From: Nocardioides sp.
GTDB lineage: Bacteria > Actinomycetota > Actinomycetes > Propionibacteriales > Nocardioidaceae
Assembly (NCBI RefSeq): GCF_024509035.1
Contig: NZ_JANINT010000014.1
Coordinates: 363 to 64,362 of the forward strand
Length of the DNA stretch: 64,000 nt
Direction of reading: 5' to 3'
In this document: positions 20,433-32,337 of the stretch, one piece after another
How positions within the stretch are numbered: the stretch's first letter is position 1
How the letters are laid out: every line of letters starts with the position of its first letter
Translations under genes and position numbers: made by a program
The notes under the pieces: model-generated
What the model was told of the DNA's origin: nothing
Seen by the model: the letters and a program-made list of their open reading frames with translations, nothing else
Databases searched by the model: none

Positions 20433-21607
20433 CGGAACCTCAACGTGTCCAGGTAGCTCTCGACGTTGCGGCGGGTCTCGCGGACCGAGTCACCGCCGAA
20501 CTTCTCCACGACGGCGTCGGCCAGCACGAGCGCGACCATCGCCTCGGCGACGATGCCGGCCGCCGGCACGGCACACACGTCGGAGCGCTGGTGGTGGGCG
20601 ACGGCCTCCTCGCCGGTGGCGACGTCGACCGTGCGTAGCGCACGCGGCACGGTGGCGATCGGCTTCATCGCCGCGCGGACCCGCAGCACCTCGCCGGTCG
20701 ACATGCCGCCCTCGGTGCCGCCGGAGCGGCCGCTGACGCGCTGGATGCCGTCGGCGCCGGGCACGATCTCGTCGTGCGCGCGCGACCCGGGGGTCGCGGC
20801 GAGCTCGAAGCCGTCGCCGACCTCGACGCCCTTGATCGCCTGGATGCCCATGAGGGCCCCCGCGAGGCGTGCGTCGAGGCGCCGGTCCCAGTGCACGTGC
20901 GAGCCGAGCCCGGGCGGGAGGCCGTGGACGACGACCTCGACGACCCCACCGAGGGTGTCGCCGTCCTTGTGGGCCTGGTCGATCGCCTCCACCATGAGCT
21001 TGCTCGTGTCGGCGTCGAGGCAGCGCACCGGGTCGTCGTCGAGGCGGGCCACGTCGTCGGGATCGGGAAGTACGCCGGCGGGCGCGCGGACGCCGCCGAG
21101 CTCGATCACGTGGGACACGATGCGCGCACCGGTCGCCTGCTCGAGGAACTGCGAGGCCACCCGGCCCAGCGCCACCCGGGCGGCGGTCTCGCGGGCGGAG
21201 GCTCGCTCGAGGATCGGGCGCGCCTCGGGGAAGTCGTACTTCTGCATGCCGACGAGGTCGGCGTGGCCGGGCCGGGGGCGGGTGAGCGGCGCGTTGCGAG
21301 CGAGCGCCTCGAGCTCGACCGGGTCGACCGGGTCGGCCGACATGACCTTCTCCCACTTGGGCCACTCGGTGTTGCCGATCTCGATCGCGACCGGTCCACC
21401 CATCGTCTCGCCGTGGCGGATGCCGCCGACCAGCGTGACCTCGTCCTGCTCGAACTTCATCCGGGCGCCGCGGCCATAGCCCAGCCGTCGGCGGGCCAGG
21501 GCGTCACCGATGTCGCTCGAGGTCACCTGCACGTGCGCGGGCAGGCCCTCGAGGATCGCGACCAGGGAAGGGCCGTGGGACTCACCCGCGGTCAGCCAAC
21601 GAAGCAT
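20429..21607 (-). CDS. aroC: chorismate synthase
   Basis: [31 protein letters not shown] and RSDVCAVP motifs. Confidence 0.97.
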   Translation of the reverse strand: MLRWLTAGESHGPSLVAILEGLPAHVQVTSSDIGDALARRRLGYGRGARMKFEQDEVTLVGGIRHGETMGGPVAIEIGNTEWPKWEKVMSADPVDPVELEALARNAPLTRPRPGHADLVGMQKYDFPEARPILERASARETAARVALGRVASQFLEQATGARIVSHVIELGGVRAPAGVLPDPDDVARLDDDPVRCLDADTSKLMVEAIDQAHKDGDTLGGVVEVVVHGLPPGLGSHVHWDRRLDARLAGALMGIQAIKGVEVGDGFELAATPGSRAHDEIVPGADGIQRVSGRSGGTEGGMSTGEVLRVRAAMKPIATVPRALRTVDVATGEEAVAHHQRSDVCAVPAAGIVAEAMVALVLADAVVEKFGGDSVRETRRNVESYLDTLRFR

Positions 21608-21647
21608 GGCGGCAGTCTTTCATGTCACGACGGCACGTCGTCCGGGG

Positions 21648-22367
21648 TCACCCGGAGACGAGACCGTTCCACACCGGTCCGAGCACGACCCCGAGCAGCG
21701 CACCGCCGAGCAGGAACGGCCCGAAGGGGTAGGAGGCTTTCAGCACCCTCCGGTCGCGGCGCACCAACGCCACGAGCAGGCCGGGCACCGAGAACGCAAG
21801 GAACCCCCCGTAGACGCCCAGCACGACCTCGATCCAGCCGAGGTAGCCGAGCGCCAGGCCGAGGACGGCGGAGAGCCGCACGTCGCCGAACCCCATGCCG
21901 GCGGGATGGATCCACCACAGCGCGAAGAAGAGGCCGAACACGACGACCGCACCCAGGCCGGCACGCACCAGCGCGTCGCGGTCGTCCTCGAGGAGACCAC
22001 ACAGCAGGGCCAGCAGCGCGGTCACGCCGAACGTCGGCCAGATCACCACCGTGGGCAGCAGGTGGGTGCGCAGGTCGACGGCGGCCAGTGCGACGCCGAC
22101 CGGCACCAGGGGCAGCAGGAACAGCAGTGGCCAGGCGAGCCCGACCGATGCGCCGACGAGGGCGCCCGCGACCAGGCAGGCCACCACCGAGGCGGCCGGG
22201 AGGAGCGGGGCCGCCGCGACCTCGGCGTACAGCGGCTTGGGGTGCTCGGCGTCCCGTTCCGGGTCGGCCGCCGGCTCGGGGATCCGCGCGACGAGCGGTG
22301 CCACGAGCAGGCCGGCGGCGCTGCAGGTCACAGCGGCCAGGCCGACCGCGACCGGGTCGAGGCTCAC
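21648..22367 (-). CDS. A24-family (prepilin-type) aspartic peptidase, short form without the Cys/Zn domain
   Basis: AVDLRTHLLP and GMGFGDVRL catalytic Asp motifs, PFGPFL C-terminus; GTG start overlaps the aroE stop. Confidence 0.85.
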   Translation of the reverse strand: MSLDPVAVGLAAVTCSAAGLLVAPLVARIPEPAADPERDAEHPKPLYAEVAAAPLLPAASVVACLVAGALVGASVGLAWPLLFLLPLVPVGVALAAVDLRTHLLPTVVIWPTFGVTALLALLCGLLEDDRDALVRAGLGAVVVFGLFFALWWIHPAGMGFGDVRLSAVLGLALGYLGWIEVVLGVYGGFLAFSVPGLLVALVRRDRRVLKASYPFGPFLLGGALLGVVLGPVWNGLVSG

Positions 22368-23188
22368 CCGTCGACCCGACGCGTCTCGAGGACGCGCTCC
22401 CCCGCCGACCGCATGGCGGCGAGCGGGCCGGCGATCCCGGTGAACAGCTCGAACTGCAGTACGGCCTGGTGCACGAGCAGGTCGAGCCCGCCCACGAGCA
22501 CCCGGTCCGGGCCGATCGACGCGGCCAGCGGCGTGGGCCACGGGTCGTAGAGCACCTCGAAGACCACCGGGGCCTCGCTGCAGCGGGCGACCAGGTCATC
22601 GCTCTGTGCGTCGGCGGGCACGGTCGACACCACGACCTCGCCGATGACGTCGGACTCCCCCAGGGTCAGCACCTCGACCCGGGGGCCGCTCGGGTGCTCG
22701 GCGATCGCCATCGCCGTGAGCCGGGCGCGCTCCGGTGTCCGGGCCAGCAGGCGTACCTCCCGGGCGCCGAGCTCGCACAACGCCAGCCCGGTCGACGCCG
22801 CCGTCGCGCCACCGCCGATGACCGTGCCGGCCGTGACCGGGCCGTGGTAGCGCTCCCGCACGGCGGCCACCGCCCCCGGCAGGTCGGTGTTGTCGGCCAG
22901 CACGATCGAGCCGTCCTCGAGCACCAGCGTGTTGACCCCTGCGGCGAGCCGGGCCCGCGCCGTGACCTCGACGCCGGCCAGCGAGAAACCGGCGCGCTTG
23001 TGCGGCATCGTCAGCGACAGCCCCCGCCACTCCGATCCCAACCCCAGCACGAACGGGGCGAACCCCTCGGCCGTGACCCGGATCGCGTCGTACTCCCAGT
23101 CGAGCCCGACGGCTGCGTAGCCGGCCCGGTGCAGAGCAGGCGAGAGCGAATGGGCGACCGGATCCCCCAGGACGGCGCAGCGCATCAC
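22364..23188 (-). CDS. aroE: shikimate dehydrogenase
   Basis: LGDPVAHSLSP, SLTMPHK, VNT, DNTD and GGGATA motifs. Confidence 0.95.
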   Translation of the reverse strand: MMRCAVLGDPVAHSLSPALHRAGYAAVGLDWEYDAIRVTAEGFAPFVLGLGSEWRGLSLTMPHKRAGFSLAGVEVTARARLAAGVNTLVLEDGSIVLADNTDLPGAVAAVRERYHGPVTAGTVIGGGATAASTGLALCELGAREVRLLARTPERARLTAMAIAEHPSGPRVEVLTLGESDVIGEVVVSTVPADAQSDDLVARCSEAPVVFEVLYDPWPTPLAASIGPDRVLVGGLDLLVHQAVLQFELFTGIAGPLAAMRSAGERVLETRRVDG

Positions 23189-23203
23189 GCGACCATCACG
23201 GGC

Positions 23204-24406
23204 TCAGCACCGGTCGGACTGGGTGTCGCAGTACTCCTGGAGCTCCTGCTTGAAGGACAGGAACTCCTGGTAGTCGTCGGTGAACTTGGTCTCGCCCGTC
23301 TTGAGGTTGACCGTCACGTAGAACAACCAGTCACCGTCGGCCGGGTGGGCTGCCGCTGCGATCGCCTCGTCGCCCGGTGCCTCGATGGGCGTGGGCGGGA
23401 GCCCGGTCTGCTTGTAGGTGTTGTACGGCGAGTCCGCGACCGAGTCGATCTCGGCCTGTGTCAGTCGCGCGATCGTGGAGCGGTCGAGGGCGTAGTTGAC
23501 CGAGGCGTCGACCTGCAGGAGCCCGTTGGTGATGCCGTTGTCGGGGTTCTCGACGCGGTTGTAGATCACGCGCGCGATCTTGGGCATGTCACTGCCCCGG
23601 CCCTCGGCCTGCACGAGGCTCGCGACCGTCATCAGCTCCGCGGGCGTGTAGCCGAGCTCAGCAGCTGCGGCCTCGAGGTCGGCGTCCTCGGCCGCCTGCC
23701 GCCACCGGGTGACCATCGCGGTGAGCATGGTCTCCGGCGTCGCGTCCGGGCCGAAGTCGTAGGTCGCCGGGAACAGGTAGCCCTCCGGGTTGCCCTCGGC
23801 GTAGTCGGGCAGGCCCAGCGAGTCCGGCTTGGCCAGGACCTTCTCGAAGTCGGACTTCTTGTACTTCGTCTTCTTGGCGAGGATGTCGACGATCTCGACG
23901 ACCCGGAGGCCCTCGGGGATCGTGACGCGGTCGGTGACCATGTTGGCCGGGTCGACCAGGATCTCGACCACGTCGTCGGCGGCCATCTCCTTCTTCAGTG
24001 CGAAGTAGCCGGCCTGGAGGTTCGACCAGTCGGGGCTCGCGTTGGCGGCCTCGACGAACGCGTCGACCGACGCGACGACGCCGGCCGCCTTGAGGTCACG
24101 GCCGATGCTGCCGGCCGTGGCACCGCTGACGACCTGGTAGGTCACGTTGCCGCGTCCCGGTCCGGCATAGTCCTCGGCGGAGCCGAACTGGTCGCGGACC
24201 TTGCCGATGCCCCACGTGACCACGAAGTAGAAGCCGCCCACGACGATGGCCAGCGCGATCAGCACCGCGAGGCAGCTGCGCAGGCTGCGGCGCTTGCGCC
24301 GCCGCCGGTGGCCGCTCTCGTACGCCGCCGCGCCGGTGCCCAGGATCCCGCCGTCGTCCTCGGCGGTGTGCGGTGCGTCCTCCACCGGCTCGTACTCGTC
24401 GGTCAT
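23204..24406 (-). CDS. mltG: endolytic transglycosylase MltG (YceG family)
   Basis: Single TM, IPEG, EGYLFPATY, ASLVQAEG, SPYNTY..GLPPTPI. Confidence 0.93.
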   Translation of the reverse strand: MTDEYEPVEDAPHTAEDDGGILGTGAAAYESGHRRRRKRRSLRSCLAVLIALAIVVGGFYFVVTWGIGKVRDQFGSAEDYAGPGRGNVTYQVVSGATAGSIGRDLKAAGVVASVDAFVEAANASPDWSNLQAGYFALKKEMAADDVVEILVDPANMVTDRVTIPEGLRVVEIVDILAKKTKYKKSDFEKVLAKPDSLGLPDYAEGNPEGYLFPATYDFGPDATPETMLTAMVTRWRQAAEDADLEAAAAELGYTPAELMTVASLVQAEGRGSDMPKIARVIYNRVENPDNGITNGLLQVDASVNYALDRSTIARLTQAEIDSVADSPYNTYKQTGLPPTPIEAPGDEAIAAAAHPADGDWLFYVTVNLKTGETKFTDDYQEFLSFKQELQEYCDTQSDRC

Positions 24407-24874
24407 CTACGTCTCCTCGACGATCTCGCCCGGCGCGGCCCCCGTCGCGCGTTCGGTGTCCAGTGCGTGCTGCAGGATCAGGACGGCTGCCGCCTGGTCG
24501 ACCACGGCTCGCCGCTTGCCCCCCTTGCGGCCCTGGTCGCGCAGCATAGCCTCCGCCGACACGGTGGTCATGCGCTCGTCGACCAGGCGCACGGGCACCG
24601 GCGCGACCCGGGCGGCGAGCCCGGCGGCGAACACGCGGACCTTGGCCGCCGCCGGCCCCTCGCCTCCGGCGAGCGACCTCGGCAGACCGACGACCACCTC
24701 GAGCACCGTCGACTCCTCGGCCTCGTCGCGCAGGATCCGCGCGATCCGCGCCAGGTCGCCCTTGCCCCGGCGGACGGTCTCCACCGGCGTCGCCAGGAAC
24801 CCCGACGGGTCGCTGCGGGCGACGCCGATGCGGGCGTCGCCCGGGTCGATGCCGATCCGGATGCCGTGTCTCAT
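24407..24874 (-). CDS. ruvX: YqgF/RuvX nuclease
   Basis: IGIDPGDARIGVA, VGLP, DERMTT and DQAAA motifs; follows alaS. Confidence 0.95.
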   Translation of the reverse strand: MRHGIRIGIDPGDARIGVARSDPSGFLATPVETVRRGKGDLARIARILRDEAEESTVLEVVVGLPRSLAGGEGPAAAKVRVFAAGLAARVAPVPVRLVDERMTTVSAEAMLRDQGRKGGKRRAVVDQAAAVLILQHALDTERATGAAPGEIVEET

Positions 24875-24886
24875 AGCGTGCCGGCC

Positions 24887-27598
24887 TCAGCCGGCTGCCA
24901 CCCGACCGACCTCGGTCGTCACCAGAGCGAGGGCCTCGTCGATGCGGGAGGCGTCGGTGCCGCCGCCCTGCGCGACGTCCGCCTTGCCACCACCCTTGCC
25001 GCCGACCAGCGGGCCCACGGCGCGCACCAGGTCGTTCGCGCTCAGCCCGCGGGCCTGCGCCTCGTCGTTGATGGCCGCGACGACCGCGACCTTGCCGTCG
25101 GCCGCGCCGATGACGACGACCACGCCGGGCTCACCCTGCGGCAGGCGGCCGCGGACGTCGAGGGCCAGCGTGCGCACGTCGCCGCCGCCCGCGCCGTCGG
25201 CGCGGTGCGCGACCAGGTTGACCGGGCCGACCTTCGCCGCACCCGCCGCGAGCTCGCCGCCCGCGGCGAGCAGCTGCGCCACCCGGACCTTCTCGATCTC
25301 CTTCTCGGCGGTGCGGAGCTTCTCGACCAGGTCGTTGACGCGCTCGGGCAGCTGCTCGGGGCGGACCTTCAAGGTGTCGGAGAGCTGGGCGACCAGCACG
25401 TGCTCGCGCGCGAGGAACCGGTAGGCATCGCTGCCGACCAGCGCCTCGACACGGCGTACGCCGGAGCCGATGGACGACTCGCCGAGCAGCTTGATCACGC
25501 CGAGCTTGCCGGAGCTGCCGGCGTGGGTGCCACCGCACAGCTCGCGCGCCCAGTCACCGACCGAGACCACGCGCACCCGGTCGCCGTACTTCTCGCCGAA
25601 CAGCGCCATCGCGCCGGACTTGACCGCCTCGGCCTGGCTCATCACCTCGGCGTGGACGGCCAGGTCGTCGAGCACGACCTCGTTGACGCGCGCCTCGACG
25701 TCGGACATCACCGACGCCGGCACGGCGCCGACGGCGGAGAAGTCGAAGCGGAAGCGGCCGGGCGCGTTCTCCGAGCCCGCCTGGGTCGCGGTCTCACCGA
25801 GCGCCTCGCGGAAGGCCTTGTGCACCATATGGGTCGCGGTGTGGGCGCGCGAGATCGCGCGACGCCGCTCGACGTCGACGACGGCGTGGGCGCCGAGACC
25901 GGCGGTGACCTCGCCCGAGAGCACGGTCGCGTGGTGCACGATCAGGCCGGTCACCGGCGACTGGACGTCGCGCACCTCGAGGCGGGCGCCGTTCTCGAGC
26001 TCGATCACGCCCTGGTCGGCGAGCTGACCGCCGCCCTCGGCGTAGAACGGCGTGCGGTCGAGCACGATCTCGACGTCGTCGCCGGGGCCGGCCGAGGAGA
26101 CGACCCCGCCCGCGGCGACCAGTCCCCGCACCGAGCCCTCGTCGGTGACGACGTCGTAGCCGGTGAACTCCACGGCCCGACCCATCGAGTCCGCGACCTG
26201 ACGGTAGGCCGAGGCGTCGCGGTGCTGGCCCTTCTTGGCCTTCGCGTCGTCCTTGGCGCGCTGCCGCTGCTCGTTCATCAGCCGGCGGAATCCGGCCTCG
26301 TCGACGGCCAGTCCCTGCTCGGCGGCCATCTCGAGGGTCAGGTCGATCGGGAAGCCGTAGGTGTCGTGCAGCGCGAACGCCTTGTCGCCGGTCAGCTGGG
26401 TGCCGCCGCTCTTCTTGAGCTCGGCGGTGGCCTGGTCGAAGATCGTGGTGCCGGCGCGCAGCGTCTGACGGAACGCGTGCTCCTCGGCGTACGCCACCGT
26501 GGAGATCCGCTCCCAGTCCTGGTGCAGCGAGGTGTAGGTCTCCCCCATCTTGTCGCGGCTGACCGGGAACAGCTCGGGCAGCGCCGGGTCCTCGTAGCCG
26601 AGCAGGCGCATGGAGCGCACCGCGCGACGCAGGAGGCGCCGCAGGACGTAGCCGCGCGCCTCGTTGCCGGGCGTGACGCCGTCGCCGATGAGCATCAGCG
26701 AGCTGCGGACGTGGTCGGCGACCACCCGGAACCGGACGTCGTCCTCGTGGCTGGCGCCGTAGCGGCGCCCGGTCAGCTCCTCGGCCTTCTCGATGACCGG
26801 GAACATCACGTCGATCTCGTACATGTTGGCCTTGTCCTGGAGCAGGAAGGCGACCCGCTCCAGGCCCATGCCGGTGTCGATGTTGCGCTTGGGCAGCGAG
26901 CCCGCGATGTCGAAGTCCTCCTTGGACCGCACCGCGCTGAGCTCGTCCTGCATGAAGACGAGGTTCCAGATCTCCAGCAGCCGGTCCTCGAGCGCGACCG
27001 GCATGTCGGGGCCGAGCGTCGCCGGGTCGAAGTCGGGGCCGTAGGCCGCACCCCGGTCGTAGAGGATCTCCGAGCACGGACCCCCGGGACCGGGGATGCC
27101 CATCGACCAGTAGTTCTCCTTGCGGCCCAGCCGCAGGATCCGCTCCTCGGGAAGCCCGGTGACCTTGCGCCACAGCGCCAGCGCCTCGTCGTCGCCGTCG
27201 AGGATCGAGGGGTAGAGGTGCGCCTCGTCGAGGCCCCACCCGCCCTCGGCGAGCGGCTTGGTGACCAGATCCCAGGCGAGCTCGATGGCGCCCTCCTTGA
27301 AGTAGTCACCGAAGGAGAAGTTGCCGCACATCTCGAAGAACGTCCCGTGCCGGGTCGTCTTGCCGACGTCCTCGATGTCGGGGGTGCGCACGCACTTCTG
27401 CACGCTGGTGGCGCGCGGGAAGGGCGGGGTCTCCTGGCCGAGGAAGTACGGCTTGAACGGCACCATCCCGGCGTTGACGAACAGCAGGTTGGGGTCGTCG
27501 AGCAGCAGGGAGGCCGACGGCACCGGCGTGTGTGCCCCGACGGTCGTGTTCTGCTCGAAGTGAGCGACGAACCGTCGGCGAATCTCCGCGGTGTCCAT
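24887..27598 (-). CDS. alaS: alanine--tRNA ligase
   Basis: [41 protein letters not shown] and GGKGGG motifs; start at [10 protein letters not shown]. Confidence 0.98.
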   Translation of the reverse strand: MDTAEIRRRFVAHFEQNTTVGAHTPVPSASLLLDDPNLLFVNAGMVPFKPYFLGQETPPFPRATSVQKCVRTPDIEDVGKTTRHGTFFEMCGNFSFGDYFKEGAIELAWDLVTKPLAEGGWGLDEAHLYPSILDGDDEALALWRKVTGLPEERILRLGRKENYWSMGIPGPGGPCSEILYDRGAAYGPDFDPATLGPDMPVALEDRLLEIWNLVFMQDELSAVRSKEDFDIAGSLPKRNIDTGMGLERVAFLLQDKANMYEIDVMFPVIEKAEELTGRRYGASHEDDVRFRVVADHVRSSLMLIGDGVTPGNEARGYVLRRLLRRAVRSMRLLGYEDPALPELFPVSRDKMGETYTSLHQDWERISTVAYAEEHAFRQTLRAGTTIFDQATAELKKSGGTQLTGDKAFALHDTYGFPIDLTLEMAAEQGLAVDEAGFRRLMNEQRQRAKDDAKAKKGQHRDASAYRQVADSMGRAVEFTGYDVVTDEGSVRGLVAAGGVVSSAGPGDDVEIVLDRTPFYAEGGGQLADQGVIELENGARLEVRDVQSPVTGLIVHHATVLSGEVTAGLGAHAVVDVERRRAISRAHTATHMVHKAFREALGETATQAGSENAPGRFRFDFSAVGAVPASVMSDVEARVNEVVLDDLAVHAEVMSQAEAVKSGAMALFGEKYGDRVRVVSVGDWARELCGGTHAGSSGKLGVIKLLGESSIGSGVRRVEALVGSDAYRFLAREHVLVAQLSDTLKVRPEQLPERVNDLVEKLRTAEKEIEKVRVAQLLAAGGELAAGAAKVGPVNLVAHRADGAGGGDVRTLALDVRGRLPQGEPGVVVVIGAADGKVAVVAAINDEAQARGLSANDLVRAVGPLVGGKGGGKADVAQGGGTDASRIDEALALVTTEVGRVAAG

Positions 27599-27906
27599 CA
27601 GGTGGTGCCTTCCTCTTGTGCGTGCGATGTCGTGGCGGGTGCGGCGGGCGGCGCCACGGCCTTGTGTCGTCCGCCCTCGAGCTCGGGCCTCCCATGAGGC
27701 ACGAGACCGAGTCTCTCGCGCAACTCCGATTCCCTCTCCACCCGCCCCTGCGCCACCTCGTCGCGGAACATCCGCGCGCCGAGCTCGAGCGCGCCCAGCC
27801 GGTCCTTGAGGCCGTCGGCGCTGAGGGCTTCGGCGGCGCGGCGACCTCGGACCATCGCGTAGACACCGGCGCCGGCCCCGGCCACGAACCAGAGGCCCCG
27901 CCTCAC
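27598..27906 (-). CDS. small conserved membrane protein upstream of alaS (DUF6167-like)
   Basis: [17 protein letters not shown]...F...V..G..ERE.ELR pattern and position next to alaS. Confidence 0.75.
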   Translation of the reverse strand: MRRGLWFVAGAGAGVYAMVRGRRAAEALSADGLKDRLGALELGARMFRDEVAQGRVERESELRERLGLVPHGRPELEGGRHKAVAPPAAPATTSHAQEEGTT

Positions 27907-28469
27907 GCCGGGGTCCCCGCGGCGTCGTGCGCGGACGGAGCGGAGCGACGGGAGCGTGCGACGTCGTGGGGTGTACCGGCTGAACCCTCGTCGGGGAGCT
28001 GCGCTCGCTGGCGGGCCTGCCAGTCGCGGCGGGCCTCGCGGGTGTCGGCCTTGCGCTGCTTGCGCGCGCGCTTGACCTCGCGTCGCATCTCGAACCGGAT
28101 GCGGTTGCGGGTCTCGGGGTCCAGCGCCCGGCGTACGCCGTGGGCCAGCGAGGCGGCCTTGACGACGGTCTCGCGCAGGACCAGGTCGGCGAAGAGCGCC
28201 CGCTCGATGCGGACCGGCTCGACGGGCTCCTGCTCGCCGAGGTGGGTGATGACGTACTCCTGCGGCTCCGGGGTCGATCCCGTCGCGGCAGCCGGACGCG
28301 TGATGCGGCGCTCAAGCTCCTCCACCTGCACCCGCAGTGCCGCGGTCTCGGCCCGCGACTGCGCGACGGCGCGAGCCGTGCGGGAGCGGGCGCGCAGCAG
28401 CGCGACGCCGAGGCCCAGCGCGATCAGCGCGAGCCCTGCGGCGACGACGACCGCGATCCAGTCCTGCAT
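27903..28469 (-). CDS. hypothetical protein, N-terminal TM plus coiled coil
   Basis: Hydrophobic N-terminus from MQDWIAV, basic helical C-terminus; stop overlaps the next start. Confidence 0.7.
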   Translation of the reverse strand: MQDWIAVVVAAGLALIALGLGVALLRARSRTARAVAQSRAETAALRVQVEELERRITRPAAATGSTPEPQEYVITHLGEQEPVEPVRIERALFADLVLRETVVKAASLAHGVRRALDPETRNRIRFEMRREVKRARKQRKADTREARRDWQARQRAQLPDEGSAGTPHDVARSRRSAPSAHDAAGTPA

Positions 28470-28509
28470 GGTCACCGACCCTATCGCGGCGGTCCCCGCG
28501 CCCCTCGCC

Positions 28510-28545
28510 CACGTTGACCCGCCCGAAAGTTTCGGGCGGGTCAAC
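28510..28545. repeat. dispersed palindrome copy 2, contains the rarA stop codon
   Basis: Identical to 4770-4805; the rarA TGA (28543-28541) lies in one arm. Confidence 0.9.
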
Positions 28546-29908
28546 CTCTCTTGCCGCGGATCAAGCGTCGAACCCGCTCCCAGCGGTCCTTGACGGCCGC
28601 CTCCGCGCCCAACGACGTCGGCTTGTAGTACTCCGCGTCGGCGACGACGTCGGGCGCGTACTGCTGCTCGGCGATGCCGAAGGGCTCGTCATGGCTGTAC
28701 TTGTATCGAGCGCCGTGGCCGAGCTTCTTGGCACCCGAGTAGTGCGCGTCGCGCAGATGGGCGGGGACGGGACCGATCTTCCCGGCCCGGACGTCGGCGA
28801 TCGCAGCGCCGATCGCGGTCGTGACCGCATTGGACTTCGGAGCCACCGCCAGAGCGATCGTGGCGTGGGCGAGCGTCAGCTGCGCCTCGGGCATCCCGAT
28901 CAGCTGGACCGTCTGCGCCGCGGCCACGGCGGTCTGCAACGCGGTGGGGTCGGCCAGGCCGACGTCCTCGGAGGCCAGGATCATCAGCCGCCGAGCGATG
29001 AAGCGCGGGTCCTCCCCCGCCTCGATCATCCGGGCGAGGTAGTGCAGAGCGGCGTCGGCGTCGGAGCCGCGCACCGACTTGATGAACGCGCTGGTGACGT
29101 CGTAGTGCTGGTCGCCCTGGCGGTCGTAGCGCACGGCGGCCTGGTCGACCGCGGTCTCCGCGGTCGCCAGGTCGACGACGTCGCTGCCCTGGGACGTCGC
29201 CGCTCCCGCTGCGGCCTCGAGGTAGGTCAGCGATCGCCGGGCGTCTCCCCCGGCCAGCCGGACCAGGTGCTCCAGCGCCTCGTCGTCGACGCGCACCCGG
29301 CCACCGAGACCGCGGTCGTCGGCCACCGCCTGCGCGAGCACGGTGCGGATGTCGTCGTCGGTCAGGGACTCCAGCCGCAGCAGGAGGCTGCGGGAGAGCA
29401 ACGGGGAGATCACGCTGAAGAACGGGTTCTCCGTCGTGGCCGCGATCAGCGTCACCCACCGGTTCTCCACACCCGGCAGCAGCGCGTCCTGCTGGGCCTT
29501 GCTGAACCGGTGCACCTCGTCGACGAACAGCACGGTCTCCCTGCCGCCGCCGGCGAGCTCGGCACGAGCCGCGTCGATCGCGGCCCGCACCTCCTTGACG
29601 CCCGCCGAGACCGCCGAGACCTCGACGAACCGCCGGTCTGTCTGTTGGCTGACGATCGCCGCGATCGTGGTCTTGCCCGTCCCAGGAGGCCCCCACAACA
29701 GCAGCGACATCGACTGGTCGCCCTCGACCAGCCGCCGCAGCGGCGAACCCGGCGCCCGGAGCTGGCCCTGACCGACGAGCTCATCGAGCGTGCGCGGCCG
29801 CATCCGCACGGCCAGCGGGGCGGAGGCGTGGGTGTTCGCATTCAGGGAGCCGCCTCCGGTGCGGGCAGCGACCCCTGGAGTCTCGAACAGTCCGTCGTCC
29901 ATTCCCAC
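28541..29908 (-). CDS. rarA: replication-associated recombination protein A (AAA+)
   Basis: [44 protein letters not shown] and ASEDVG motifs. Confidence 0.95.
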   Translation of the reverse strand: MGMDDGLFETPGVAARTGGGSLNANTHASAPLAVRMRPRTLDELVGQGQLRAPGSPLRRLVEGDQSMSLLLWGPPGTGKTTIAAIVSQQTDRRFVEVSAVSAGVKEVRAAIDAARAELAGGGRETVLFVDEVHRFSKAQQDALLPGVENRWVTLIAATTENPFFSVISPLLSRSLLLRLESLTDDDIRTVLAQAVADDRGLGGRVRVDDEALEHLVRLAGGDARRSLTYLEAAAGAATSQGSDVVDLATAETAVDQAAVRYDRQGDQHYDVTSAFIKSVRGSDADAALHYLARMIEAGEDPRFIARRLMILASEDVGLADPTALQTAVAAAQTVQLIGMPEAQLTLAHATIALAVAPKSNAVTTAIGAAIADVRAGKIGPVPAHLRDAHYSGAKKLGHGARYKYSHDEPFGIAEQQYAPDVVADAEYYKPTSLGAEAAVKDRWERVRRLIRGKRG

Positions 29909-29954
29909 CTCACTCGAGCTCCGGACCCCGCGAGCGTACCCACGCCCACAGACG

Positions 29955-29989
29955 CCTCGACCACCGCCACGGTGTGGCGGTGGTCGAGG
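29955..29989. terminator. hairpin downstream of the oligopeptide ABC operon
   Basis: Perfect 16-bp arms cctcgaccaccgccac / gtggcggtggtcgagg with a 3-nt loop. Confidence 0.7.
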
Positions 29990-30001
29990 GAGGTCGATGC
30001 G

Positions 30002-31282
30002 TCAGGCGCTCGCCATCGTCTTGCGCTCGAGGTCGAACCAGGTGTCGGAGTAGCCCGGGTCGTTGCCGATCCCCACGCTGGGGCTCGCTCCCGGGTCCGG
30101 CGTGCCGGTGTCGTCGACGCCGAGCAACGAGGCCGTGACCGGACGCTCCGGGTGGTGGCCCAGCTCGCCCGCGAAGTGACAGGCGACCTTGTGCCGCTTG
30201 CCGATCTGGAGCAGCGGCGGCTCGACCCGGGCGCAGATCTCCTGCGCGATCGCACACCGGGTGCGGAACCGGCAGCCCGACGGCGGATTGATCGGGCTCG
30301 GCACGTCGCCCTCGAGCCGGATCCGCTCGCGCCGCCCGCCGATGGCCGCCTGCTTCACGTCGGGCACGGCCGAGAGCAGCGCCTGGGTGTAGGGGTGGTT
30401 GGGGCGGTTGTAGAGCGAGTCGCGATCAGCGATCTCGACGACCTTGCCGAGGTACATCACCGCCACCTCGGGGCAGAAGTGACGCACCACCGCCAGGTCG
30501 TGGGCGATGAAGAGGAACGCGATGTCGAACTCGCGCTGGACCTCCTGGAGCAGGTTGATCACCTGCGCCTGGATGGAGACGTCGAGGGCCGACACCGGCT
30601 CGTCGGCCACGAGCAGCTTCGGCTGGAGCGTCAACGCGCGGGCGATGCCGATGCGCTGGCGCTGACCGCCGGAGAACTCGTGCGGGTAACGGTTGTAGTG
30701 CTCGGGGTTGAGACCCACGATCTCGAGGAGCTCCTGCACCCGCGGCAGGATCTTGTCCTTGGGCAGGATGTTGTGGATCAGGAGCGGAGCGCCCACGATC
30801 GCACCCACGGTGTGACGCGGGTTGAGCGAGGTGTAGGGGTCCTGGAAGATCATCTGGATCTCGCGACGCAGGGGCTTGAGGCCGTGCGAGGACGTCTTCG
30901 CGATGTCGCGGCCGTCGAACTCGATGGCGCCGCCGGTCGGCTCGTAGAGCCGGGTGATCAGCCGACCGGTCGTCGACTTGCCACAGCCCGACTCGCCCAC
31001 GAGACCCAGGGAGCCGCCCTTCGGTACCTGGAACGAGACGCCGTCGACCGCCTGGACGTGTCCGACGGTGCGTCGCACGATCCCGGCCGAGCGGACCGGG
31101 AAGTACATCCGCAGGTCCTTGACGGTCAGGATCGGGTCCGCGTCGAAGTGGCCGGCCACCGCCGGGTTCGCTCGCTCCTTCTCGACGAACCCGCTGGCCG
31201 CCGCGTCGACGGGGTCCTCCGCCCGACTGCGCGGGTCGTCGGCCGGCATGCCGCCCGCCATCGGAAGCTGATGGTCGCTCAT
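30002..31282 (-). CDS. oligopeptide ABC transporter ATP-binding subunit (OppF/BldKE-like)
   Basis: [35 protein letters not shown]. Confidence 0.93.
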   Translation of the reverse strand: MSDHQLPMAGGMPADDPRSRAEDPVDAAASGFVEKERANPAVAGHFDADPILTVKDLRMYFPVRSAGIVRRTVGHVQAVDGVSFQVPKGGSLGLVGESGCGKSTTGRLITRLYEPTGGAIEFDGRDIAKTSSHGLKPLRREIQMIFQDPYTSLNPRHTVGAIVGAPLLIHNILPKDKILPRVQELLEIVGLNPEHYNRYPHEFSGGQRQRIGIARALTLQPKLLVADEPVSALDVSIQAQVINLLQEVQREFDIAFLFIAHDLAVVRHFCPEVAVMYLGKVVEIADRDSLYNRPNHPYTQALLSAVPDVKQAAIGGRRERIRLEGDVPSPINPPSGCRFRTRCAIAQEICARVEPPLLQIGKRHKVACHFAGELGHHPERPVTASLLGVDDTGTPDPGASPSVGIGNDPGYSDTWFDLERKTMASA

Positions 31283-32322
31283 CGTCCCTCCACCAGGTCC
31301 GGCGCGATCTCCGGCAGGACCTCTCGTTCGTACACCACGTCCGGGTTGGCAAGGTGGCACCTCTTGAGGTGGCCCTCGCCGCGCGTCCCCGGCGTGAGCT
31401 CCGGCGACACCGTGCGGCACAGGTCACCGGGCACCTTGTCACGGTGGGTGCACCGCGGGTGGAAGTGGCATCCGCTGGGCGGGTTCAGCAGGCTCGGAGG
31501 GTTGCCGGGGATCGGCACGAGCTTGGCCTCGGGATCCGCATCGACCTCCGGGATGCTCGAGAGCAGGCCCCACGTGTAGGGCATCTCGGGGTGGGTCAGG
31601 ATCTCCTTGGTCGCGCCGTACTCGACCGCCCGGCCGCCGTACATGACGAGCACGTCGTGGGCCATCTCGGCCACGACACCGAGGTCGTGGGTGATGATCA
31701 TGACGGCCGCGTCGAAGTCGCGCTGCAGGTCCTGGAGCAGGTCGAGGATCTGCGCCTGCACCGTCACGTCCAACGCGGTGGTCGGCTCGTCGGCGATCAG
31801 CAGGCTCGGGTTGTTGATCAGCGCCATCGCGATCATCGCGCGCTGCCGCATGCCGCCCGAGAACTGGTGCGGGTAGTCGTCGACCCGACGGTCGGGCTGC
31901 GGGATGCCGACGCGGTCGAGCATCTCGATCGCCCGGGCGCGGGCGGCCTTCTTGCTCACGTCGTGGTGGACCCGGTAGGCCTCGGCGATCTGGTTGCCGA
32001 CACGGTAGTAGGGGTGCATCGCGGACAGCGGGTCCTGGAAGATCATCGCGACCTCGCGGCCCCGGCGGCGACGCATGTCCTCGTCGCTCACCTTGAGCAG
32101 GTCGACCCCGTCGAGCAGGATCTCGCCGCTCACGATGGCGTTCGTGCGCCGGTGGAGGCCGAGGATCGCCGAGGTCGAGACCGACTTGCCCGACCCGGAC
32201 TCGCCGACGATGCCCAGCGTCTTGCCGCGCTCGAGGTCGAAGGAGAGGCCGTCGGTGGCCTTGACGACGCCGTCGATCGTCGGGAAGTGGACCCGGAGGT
32301 CCCGGACGGAAAGAAAACTCAC
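31279..32322 (-). CDS. oligopeptide ABC transporter ATP-binding subunit (OppD/BldKD-like)
   Basis: [25 protein letters not shown]. Confidence 0.93.
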   Translation of the reverse strand: MSFLSVRDLRVHFPTIDGVVKATDGLSFDLERGKTLGIVGESGSGKSVSTSAILGLHRRTNAIVSGEILLDGVDLLKVSDEDMRRRRGREVAMIFQDPLSAMHPYYRVGNQIAEAYRVHHDVSKKAARARAIEMLDRVGIPQPDRRVDDYPHQFSGGMRQRAMIAMALINNPSLLIADEPTTALDVTVQAQILDLLQDLQRDFDAAVMIITHDLGVVAEMAHDVLVMYGGRAVEYGATKEILTHPEMPYTWGLLSSIPEVDADPEAKLVPIPGNPPSLLNPPSGCHFHPRCTHRDKVPGDLCRTVSPELTPGTRGEGHLKRCHLANPDVVYEREVLPEIAPDLVEGR

Positions 32323-32337
32323 GGTTGCTGCTCTCCC

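Noticed and set aside
20774-27697. 2307-aa plus-strand ORF
   Set aside because: Antisense shadow of aroC-alaS. High-GC codon bias suppresses stops on the opposite strand, and the translation is low-complexity with no motifs.
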